Shown one piece after another: positions 14,523 through 25,117 of a DNA stretch of 64,000 bases. Under the pieces are notes generated by a model. That model made no database searches, had not been told where the DNA came from, and saw only the letters and a list, made by a program, of their open reading frames with translations. This stretch comes from the human T2T-CHM13v2.0 reference genome, Homo sapiens, in NCBI RefSeq assembly GCF_009914755.1, contig NC_060928.1; one strand, written 5' to 3'. A program made the translations under genes and the position numbers. Position 1 is the stretch's first letter. Each line of letters begins with the position of its first letter.

Positions 14523-15489
14523 TTATCATGTCTCCTGCAATCTTCCATTTAAGATTATATCTTTCCAGAAGAAGAAAGAGCCCCAGTAACATGAGTGTAG
14601 GTAAATAGTAAGCCACCTCTGTCAAGACAAAAGGTTGAAAAGTTTGTCTTGACTAACCCCAAGATTTTCTTCAGAAAACTTCTGTGAATCCTTAAACTAA
14701 AGGGGAGGAAAATAGGCTATTTCATCTTTAAAAGATAGCTACAATACTTTTGGCATCAAAAATTTTTATGTCGTCCATGTGAGGCACTTTGTATATCTCA
14801 TAGTTTATAATAAATGCTTAATTTCCTAATATTTTCTATACTATCAACACTTCATTCTGGCTAGGGTATTATTATTTAATTTGTATTTTGACTATCAATT
14901 TGTATGATTTTATATATCCTATGCAATCTTGTCCTTTTTCAGAAAAATAGAATTATAGAGATGTATGCACTTCATAAAGAGCTATGGGCACATGAAGCCC
15001 TATTGGTAAGTTTCCTCACTAGATTTGTGTTTTTTACATTCATTGTATGTCTCATAGAAAAGATTTTGTGATTTCAGGGCAATAGGACATAAGTTTATTC
15101 TTTGAACATGTTACAGTAATAAAAAGGAAGAATTAAAAAGTCCAAGTGAAACTAGAAATCTTTGCATACATAAGAAAATAAACACAAATGAAATGCACTA
15201 ATCATGGAATTTAACAGTGTATCTTATAGGCTCTGAGGCCAGAGAAGACATGACCTATCAGAATTGATTCCTACAAAGCACTCCAAGTAAGTTCGAAGAC
15301 CAGGCTGGAAGTTGGACTGGACTGGGATCACTTGCAGTATACCACTCAATAGCCAAACATGTCTAATTGCTACTCTATCGGACCTCACAGCTACACAGAA
15401 CTAAAAATTCCTAAAGAGTTACTACCAAGAACAATGAGGATGAACCCGCAAAAGGTAGTTGAGTATAAGAAGCCAGAATCAAGAGAACT

Positions 15490-16005
15490 AACTCTGTATA
15501 ATTATGTTTTTATGCATTTCAAAAAATGCTTTAGGTATTTTTACCTATATATCACTTAGCTGACGTAATACATACAGCCCAATGCTATGATGCACCAGAG
15601 ATAAAGTAGATAATCCTGTGTGCACTGAAAGCTTTCCAATTCAAGCTTTCTGTTTTCCTGCTTGAAATTGACCAATTTCAAAAAAGGTAAAACTCATTAC
15701 ATAGTGATAGAAATCAGAATGTTAGCTATTTTAGGGGATAGAGCTAGATTAGGGGCTTCAGGATTGCTAACAGATTTTATTTATTTATTTGGATGGTAAT
15801 TACCATATTTTAATTTGTTGTGTAATAGATTCTAATAAACTTTTATTCCATCAAGACATTATAAATGACATTATAGTCATTTATATATGGATGGCAATTA
15901 CCATCCATATATAAAATGAGTGTGTTTACTTAGTGATAACCATTTTGTTGTGTATCTATGAGAGATGTAATTTGAAACGTGTACATTACAATTCAACTTT
16001 TAAAA
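15490..16005 (+). mobile_element. Ancient L1ME/MC 3' UTR remnant, interrupted
   Basis: AAAAAAGGTAAAACTCATTACATAGTGATAGAAATCAGAATG...GGGGCTTCAGG...GGATGGTAATTAC resembles old L1M 3' ends. Confidence 0.55.
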
Positions 16006-16310
16006 GAAACAAGAAAATGAAGCAGTCCCTCCATGAAAGAAATATTTCTTGGAGGAATAACAATAGATTATTGGATGTATTTGACTACATAGGGATAAGT
16101 AGCATTAGGAATACAGTTGAGAAGAATTTTCAGGAAGAAGGGAGAAAGTGGCAAAATCATAGACTAATCATGATTAATTCCAGAAGAAATGAGTTTTTTT
16201 TTTAAATCACAAGAAATGAAATGGGAATATATATTCACTACTTAGATAGTAGTTACAATTGTCATAGTGATTCAAATAATAAATATTAATTTAATAAAAA
16301 TGTGTAATAT

Positions 16311-16593
16311 GGTCAGGTGGGTTGACTGACCCCTCTGATCCCAGCACTTTGGGGCTGAGGTGGGCAGATCACTTGAGGTCAGGAGCTTGAGGCCAGCCTG
16401 ACCAATATGGTGAAACCCTGTCTCCACTAAAAATACAAAAATTAGCCAGGCATGGTGGTGGGCATCTGTAATCCCAGCTACTTAGGAGGCTGAGGCAGGA
16501 GAATTGCTTGAAACCAAGAAGTAGAGCTTGTTTGTAGTTAGCCAAGATAGCACCACTGCACTCCAGAGCCAGACTCCATCTCAAAAAAAAAAA
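16311..16593 (+). mobile_element. Diverged AluS element followed by (TA)n (16601-16642)
   Basis: Dimeric Alu with small deletions. Confidence 0.92.
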
Positions 16594-16605
16594 CACTGTG
16601 ATATA

Positions 16606-16644
<39 letters not shown>

Positions 16645-17235
16645 TATATTGGAAGAGAGAATATGATGGTTTAATAATAATAACAATTAAAAATATTTTA
16701 AAAATAAATTTATGTATTATATTATTATATAAGTAAATGTAAATATTTGTTTAAATTAAAAGTGTAATCATTATTATAATTAATACTTGATAATAGAGCA
16801 TTTATCACATACTGTCCTGATTTTACATTTTGCTGTTACAAGTCTTCTAAACCAAAAATAAAATTCTAAGCTCCCTGACTGGCTGAACGGACCCGATTTT
16901 TGACTAAAGCAAATCAGAAAAACTAATGTAGGCCATGACCAGAAGTAGAAATTGAACATGGCACATTATACCGTCTTCCCTTTGAAACTCAGGCACAACT
17001 GACCAACATTAATATTAAAACAGAGATCTTTAGACCGACAAAACAGACTCTTTGTAGCAATAAGATACCAGATTCCAGCCTGACTCTAGCATAGCATCAC
17101 ATAACAGATAGTAGGCGCTGAAAGAAATTGAAGTATTTTGCAACAAAATATATTTCTTTGACATATTTTGAAATGTCCCTGAAAAGCTGTCTCTTGTGGG
17201 GAATATCTACATTCCATAGAGAATCTCCTTCCAAT

Positions 17236-17628
17236 TGCTAAATCAAGTTTAGCTTAAAGCTCCCTCCTTACATAGTTTAAGTTCAGCCTAAAGGTTTCGC
17301 TGTAGTCAACTATAACAAGTGGAGGTTCAAACAGACCATAGCCTACTCTTGTGCAAATCATGAGTTTTGGCAAACCAAATGTGGCCAACTGTTCTAACCC
17401 TGTTCAAATAAGACAAATGCCAAGCTATAAACAATCCAGCTGTTTCTGTATCTCACTTCCGTTTTCCCTATGTCACTTTCCTTTCTCTGTCCATAAATTT
17501 TCTCCCACCACGGTGCTGCACTGGAGTCTCAGCCTACTCTGGCTCAGAAGGCTGCTTGATTCATGAATTGTTCTTTGCTAAGTTAAACTCTTTTAAATCT
17601 AATTCATCTGAAATTTTCTCTTTTAACA
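17236..17628 (+). mobile_element. MER57 ERV1 solo LTR nested in MER4
   Basis: TGCTAAATCAAGTTTAGCTTAAAGCTCCCTCCTTACAT...TTTTAACA matches recalled MER57 termini. Confidence 0.85.
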
Positions 17629-18079
17629 CCTTTCCAGGTCTTTTCCTGATCCAGGAGAGATTAAACTATGAGTTCGGCCCCTTTACCATGTGTTCTCTTT
17701 GAAGTCGGCTACCTGGGGGCTTCATTTGCATAATAAGAATTTTGATCTCCACAAACCCTTATCTTAACCCAGATATTCCTTTGTCATGATTCTGGGTCTT
17801 TAGACAATAACTCTTTCAACCAATTGCCAGTCACAAAACCTTTGAATCCACCTGTGACCTAGAAGCCTCCAGCTTCAAGTCGTCCCACCCTCCCATATCA
17901 AACCAATGTACACCTTATGTGTATTGATTGATGTCTACCTATAACTTCTGTCCCCTTAAATTGTGTGAAATCAAGTTGTAACCCAACTATCTTGGGAATA
18001 TGTCATCAGGACCTCCAGGAGCTGCATGATGGGCCTTGGCCACTTATATTTGCCTCAGATTAGACCTCTTAAAATGTTG

Positions 18080-18204
18080 TTTTTTTTTTGAGATGGCGTG
18101 TCACTCTGTTACCCAGGCTGGAGTGCAGTGGTGCAATCTCAGCTCACTGCAACCTCCACCTCCCAAAGTGCTGGGATTACAGGCATGAGCCCCTGCGCCT
18201 GGTC
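18080..18204 (-). mobile_element. Internally deleted (arm-fused) Alu
   Basis: Right-arm 3' part joins left-arm 5' part at CCTCCC (GCAACCTCCACCTCCCAAAGTGCTGGG). Confidence 0.9.
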
Positions 18205-18719
18205 TCTCTTTACATATTTTTTAGCATTTGTCTCTTTTCATCGACAGTCTAATGTTACATTACTTCCAGAAGTCCAGTGTCTTCTTTAATATTTCATTAT
18301 TCAGAGGATTATGTGTTTTTTCAAGAGAAGCAATAAAAACGTGATATTTACGAATTTTAAATCAATGCTTGGGAGAAAAAAATAAAGATATGTCTGTGAA
18401 GATAATATACCCTTTTTCATGCCAGTTTTTGCTCCTTGTATAAAATTTTTAGAAATATGTAGCATCATAAAGTCACTTAGTGGATGGGAGTCACTCAGGA
18501 GAAGGAGGTGGGGAAGTTTCTGGAGAAATCTACAGAGCTCAGGAAAAAGATATGTGAGATGTGAAAATCCAATAATGATCTGTTTATAAGTAGTTTTTAA
18601 AGTTCTACTCTTACATCCAGGTCATCTGAGACAATTTCGTTGAGTTTGTTAAGTATTTGACTTCATGAATGTAAGAGTTAACATAGCAAGGGTATCATGT
18701 GCCATGACACATAGGCTCA

Positions 18720-19390
18720 CACCCCTGCCGTGGCTTCCCAGCTTATTTCAAGTTCTAAACAGCCTACCAGGAATTCCTTGCAGGATTCCCTCCCCTTCTG
18801 CCTTACTTCTGACCTTATCTCCCATTCCTCTGTCCCTCTCCCTGCTCTGGCCATGCTGGCATCATTTTGCTTCTGGAACATACCAAGTATGCTGGACCTT
18901 AAACTCTTCAAGCTTGCCTCTCTCTGCTGGAATGTAGTGCCCCATAAGCTCATGCTCTTCAAATTTTTACTCATGTGACTCTTAGATGGCATAATCCCTA
19001 CACCCCAATACTGTGATGAGATAAAGTAGATGATCATCTGTGCACTGAACGCTTTCCACTTCAAGCTTTCTGTTTTTTCTGCCTGAAATATGTACCTCTA
19101 TCACCTTCTATCTCAGTTGTATGACTGAGACAAATTCATTAGTTGAAAAATTTCCATTTCCATCAGAAAATTTTCCAATTTCCATCGGAAATACTGATGA
19201 AAATTATTGCTCATTATCTTCTGCATATTTCTACATTCTTAGTTACTCTATTGGTTACAAGCACTGCATCCCAATTCAACCAGCTTTTAACTTCCTTGAG
19301 GGCAAGGAACATGACCACTTTTTTTCTTGCATGTACACATAATCCACCTATTACCTTCTCTGTGGTGGGACTCCAATACTTACCTGTGTG
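18720..19390 (+). mobile_element. L2 LINE remnant
   Basis: CTCTGGCCATGCTGGC...TTCTGGAACATACCAAG...CTCTGCTGGAATG and TTCCTTGAGGGCAAGGAAC are L2 3'-region hallmarks. Confidence 0.65.
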
Positions 19391-20984
19391 TATGTACGTT
19401 GAGTAGCCCAGTGCTTCTGGAGTCTTTTGGAAAGGCTATGTTTATTGAAAAGATTTCTGTCTAAAGTTCTCAGCTCAAAAAGAATTAAATATTATATAAC
19501 ATACAAAAGTGTAGGTCATATAGCTGTTAGTAAAGGCTTTAAGATTTCCTTATTTGATAAATATTACTTTTGAATTTTGCACATAAATATGTGGAGACAG
19601 AACCTTTGATTAAAGCTTGACTGCCCAAACTACTTTGTTTTAATCTGAAATCACTTGAGCATAGCTTTTATGCCTTTTAAAATTTTAGGTGCAATATACA
19701 CAAGGAAGAAAATAAAAAGAACTCTGTACAGTTTTACATGAAAATGAAGTCAACCCAGCTGATCACTGATTAGCTCAGATGGTGGTGAAATGAAGGACAC
19801 TAGTATCCTAACAGAACTACTAAGACTTAATGCAAAGTATGTTTTTTGTTCAGAATTCGAAGACATTACATAAAAATGATATTTAAGCTCAGTTGTCTTC
19901 AGAAGTGTTAAAAAGAAAAACAGGTGCCAACATTCACTTTAAAAGGAAAAAATACACAAAAAAACTAGGAAGCTTTGTCATTCAGAATGACCTATTTTCA
20001 AAGAGTCTTGCTGCTTTAAGTACTATTCGTAACTTTTTGATGGGAGCTTCTTTTTTTCAGTATCTGTTTCTACAACATGAGAAAGAACACCTCACATGTT
20101 TCTACCCTCATATCACAATCTTCACCGAAGGAGAGAATATTTCAAACCCCTATGGTCTGGGCTGAGTAGAATAATCCTTAGTCAACTGTGTAATTGGGGA
20201 TCTTCTAAGACCATCTCATTTTAAAACACGTACTATCTGGTATGTTACAGAAACTCAAAATTGCTGAGACCTTAAAGATGAATAACATTGATGTCTCTCC
20301 TCTAGAGAATTCACCATACCAAAAAAGTTCACACTCATAAATAATGACAGGCTATATAATATTAGGCTCTACCATTGCACAAATGAGACAATGGCTGGAG
20401 GAGTCACCGGCATTCATGCAGAGGAGGAAATTCAAGAGGTGGGTATTGAAGAATGAGTTTCCAGAGAAACAAAAGAAGAGTCATCTTAGGCATAGGAAAC
20501 AACATCAAGACTGCTAGATAACTCACTAGCTATATTACCTGTCATTGGGAGTTGTTACTTTCAGAATATTTTTTAAGTTACTGAATGCACAATATTTATC
20601 TATAACATTTCTTAAAAGTCTTATTTATTTAATTCACAGCCACTTCCTTCTACCTCCTGAGAGGTGATAAAATTATCTTAAGCCATAGCTGCATTTAATA
20701 AATAATCATGTAAATAGCAATACATAGTAAACAAAGAGATTAATTTTTAAATTACTCGTTAATTTTATTTTCAAATAATTTCAAAAACTTTCAAAATACT
20801 GTTATGAAGGCAGCAACTATTTCCCCATGATTATTTTACAGTTAAGAATATACTTTCAAGGCAGTTGATTTCAAGGTGAAATGTATGACAGGCCCTTGCT
20901 AAAATTTAGTTTTTTGCTGCTTTAAACTATTAAGAAACTCCTAAAGTCTCCTAGAAAGAACAAACAAAAATAAAGGAAGGACAT

Positions 20985-21422
20985 TGATATACTTTGAATA
21001 TTTGATGCCCCTAAATCTCATGTTGAAATGTGATCTCCAGTGTTGGAGGTGGAACCTTGCGTGAGGTGTTCGAGTCATGAAGGTGGATTGTTCATGAATG
21101 GCATGGTGCTATTCCTGCAGTAATGAGTGAGTTCTTGCTCTATTAGTTTACACCGAAGCTGGTAGTTTAAAAGAGCTTGGCCTCTCCCTCTTCTATCTCT
21201 TGCTCTCCCCCTTCTCTCTCTTGCTCTCCCCTTTGCCATGTGACACACCAGCTCCCCTTGCTTTCTGCTATGACAAAAAGCTTCCTGAGGCTTCACCATG
21301 GTGCCAAGCTGGCACCATACTTCTTGCCCAGCATGCACAGCCATGAGCCAAATCAACCTCCTTTCGTTATAAACAACCCATTCTCAGTTATTCCTTTACA
21401 GCAACACAAAGCAGACTAACAC
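20985..21422 (+). mobile_element. MST (MSTB-like) MaLR solo LTR
   Basis: AAATCTCATGTTGAAATGTGATCTCCAGTGTTGGAGGTGG...TAATGAGTGAGTTCTTGCTCTATTAGTT...GCAACACAAAGCAGACTAA. Confidence 0.88.
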
Positions 21423-21663
21423 TGCCCTGTTTGTTTGTTTTGTTTCTATTAGCCTCCTTTCCATTTTACTGGCGACACAAGAATTAACTGGTAGACTGGG
21501 ACATCCAAAAACAAACCATATGACCTACCAAATGTTTGGTTTAAAGATTCTTTTTGATCCTCTCCTTACTCTACATATGTACAGAAAAGTAACACAACAG
21601 AGGATAATATTTTGACAGAGCATGTATACAGTCATAACTTCTAAGGCGATGTCATTGGTATGA

Positions 21664-21985
<322 letters not shown>

Positions 21986-22129
21986 AATGCATTAGAACGT
22001 TTTTAAAAAAACTGTATCTTCTATTTATTTTGAATAAATTAAAAATTCTTATAAAAATAATTTTGTTGGTAGGCAGGCGTTGTCAAAAAAATAGAGGCAA
22101 CTTCTATCTTTAAAAAATTTAGACTTTCA

Positions 22130-22273
22130 GGCCGGGCGCAGTGGCTCACGCCTGTAATCCCTGCACTTTGGGAAACCCGGGAGGCGGAGTTTGCCGTGAG
22201 CCGAGATTGCGCCACTGCACTCCAGCCTGGGCAACAAGAGCAAAACTCCATCTCGAAAAAAAAAAGAAAAAAG
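22130..22273 (+). mobile_element. Internally deleted AluSp-like element
   Basis: Left-arm start GGCCGGGCGCAGTGG...TTTGGGA joined to AACCCGGGAGGCGG of right arm; 18-bp TSD at 22112-22129 and 22274-22291. Confidence 0.92.
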
Positions 22274-23259
22274 AAAAAATTTAGAGTTCCAGAGATGTTA
22301 TACAGATTATTCTGATTTTTTTTCTAACTATGAGTTTATGTCTTCAAAGCTGGTACTTGACCATAAATAATAATTTATATTTGTTCAAAATATGCACCAT
22401 AGATAGTAATACTAGACATGAACAACTCTGAAGATAGCTGAGATGTGTATCAATATTTCCACTGAATCTCCCGAAGTTAGAGAAATGTAGTTAAAATTCC
22501 ATTAGTAATAATAAAGGGAAGGAGTGAAAGAGAGACAAGAGACGGGTGTAGTAGTTTGTCCAAATATCACCTCTTTCTCCAATGTCAACATTTATAGCTA
22601 AATTTTGGAATGGACAACTCATCATTGTAATCATGAAACCATCAGTCAAACAGTTTTCCAGAGAGGTAACATATTCTCATTCAAATTACTTTACAAACTT
22701 ACTGACTGTTAAGAGATTTAGCTTATTAGTATAATAAATACTAATTGCGAATACCACTTATCCTCAATTGTACCACATTGTATTTAGCAGTTTCACATTT
22801 GTTTTTCTGAGGAAATAAACCTGGCTTTCTAATTCATGTCTTCAAATTTCATAGTATCTGTGCAGAGACTTAAATGAAATGGAAGATTTTTCTTTGAGAA
22901 TTCCACTGATATGAACAGTATGGATATCATCTTAGAAAAATTTGATATAAATGCAGTTATTAGAATACTTGAGCTTAGGTGAAACCTACCCACATTTAAA
23001 AAGATCCCCCCTTACTATCATCATAATTATTTCTCATTCTGTCTTCACGATTATTTCTCATTTTTAGCAAAGTACAATAAAGTGCTGATTAAGTGTTTTT
23101 CTAACCACAACCATGTAGTTTAAGTAAAGAAAAAATCCTGGAGGCAAAAAAGCTATGGTGCAAAGTATTCAAAGAAAGTAAGATATTTGCTCTGCACATA
23201 CTAATGTGATTACTATTATGAATAATAATAACAATAACAAAAACAACATTAATAATATT

Positions 23260-23445
23260 GGCCAATAGCTATTGAGTTTTTATTTGTGCCAGGCATGTAC
23301 ATGTATTATCTCAAACAACTCTGTAAATGTGGCTGTTAAGCATGTAATAGTATTAACAAATTTTAATTGCATGAGAAAGTTAAGATAGTCAAGTGACTTG
23401 ACTAAGATCATATAGCTAGTAAGTTGGAGAGCTAGAATTCTTGTC
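23260..23445 (-). mobile_element. MIR SINE remnant
   Basis: TTGTGCCAGGCA...ACAACTCTG...AAGTGACTTGACTAAGATCATATAGCTAGTAAGT core. Confidence 0.7.
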
Positions 23446-25117
23446 CTATAGTTTGAATTTTAAATGATAGAATCTTATATCCACAAATAAGACTTTCTCT
23501 CCCCCTGCAAAAGAAGATCTTAAAATGTTTGTCATTTTTTTAAAAAAACACATTTCCTCCATAGTGCTTCTCAACTACACTTGGTGATATGCCTGCATAA
23601 TAAAGGTATATACAAAAGTTCCCCTAAATGACCAAATGTCATTGTTGGCATATGATGTTTTGTAAAATAGCAAGTAGGTATAGATCTTTGTTTTATGACA
23701 TAGTTTCAACTTAGAAATATCTTGCAGACTGTATTTAAAGTAATCAATTTCTTACTAAGTAAATTCTTTCTTTTGTGACCAGAAATATCATTGATTTTTT
23801 TTTTCTACTGCCAGGTAGACTCAATAAAATGGACAAGGACAGAACCTTACCTCTATAACTTGTTGTCTTTGTACATGACATTAGAAGCTAAATTGTTATT
23901 TTGCAGTCTCAAAGTTTAATATTCAGTTTTGAGGTTCATTTCAAAGAATTGCCAAGATTTTTCAAATGCATTTGGAAATCTCTTCAGAGTTTCATGATTC
24001 TCTTTTGGTTATGAAACAAGCCTCTTTACTCTGAGGTAGTGAATGTGTTTAGATTATTAATAAATACTTTAAAATTAAATTAATAAATACTTTAAAATTA
24101 ATTAATGAATAATTTCTAACTTTATAGGCATAATCTAAGTATCCAATTTATAGATATAGTCCATGGCTATTACTTTATATTATATTAATTTAAAAACATC
24201 TCCCCTAATTGTAAGTTCAAAATGACATGCATATATCTCATGTTTTACCCATTCATGTAAATTAAATTGTATTATTATTTTAAGACAAATCAGATGCAAT
24301 TTGTAAAATCCACAGAATTGCATATATATGACTGGATGTTAAAAATATTACTAGGACTTATTTTAAGTAATTCTTGTTTATCCATTAATACGCTTAGCTA
24401 TTTTTATCTCACATATTTTTATAGTAAGAAAACTATTTAAAAACTAAAAAGGGTTAAGAATTTTTCTTTTGTAAAGTAAGTAAATTGTTGTAAGGTTGTG
24501 TCTTCATATTTACATTTGATTATACAGTTTTGCTGGCTGGAGAATTTCTGTCTTTTCCTGCAGAGAAAAGAAAAAAAAGACAGAAATAAAAAATGGCAAC
24601 TTACACTATTCTTTAAAAAATATGGGAAAACTAAAAAAAAAAAATTGTCCTCAATCTCTTTGAGGAAAGCATCATATTCTAGAGGATGGTATAAATAAAG
24701 CATTTCTTCTTATTGACTGGTGTTCATTAGACTCTTTTTCCAATGGTTGTCATCTTCCTCACCTTATGCTATTATAATAAAGAGAAATTGTTTTCCTTAA
24801 TCCTGTTTAATCATTGTCTGGTAATATTTTAATATATATTAAAAGGCAAGAATCCACAATTGTTGTAAACAAAATTTAGAAATCCAAAGCATTTGGAAGG
24901 AGTAGACTTAGGCTGAAAAATAACGACACATCTTATAAAGTGGTGGGTATGTGTCAGTAAAATTGTCTTATCCAACTAATCTTTGGATTTAGACAAGGTT
25001 ATCTCTGTGCAAAATACTGAAAATGTGAGCTACTTGCTCTTTATTCCATATATTTAAGTACTACAAAAAAAAAAAAAGAAGGAGAGATGAGCTTAGAAAA
25101 TAAGTTGGGAGGTTTAT

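Larger units (their letters stand above)
16846..18246 (+). mobile_element. MER4 (D/E-like) ERV1 solo LTR, with nested MER57 and Alu
   Basis: TAAACCAAAAATAAAATTCTAAG start, CAGACTCTTTGTAGCAATAAGATACC, resumes after 17628 and ends ...TTTTCATCGACA. Confidence 0.85.
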
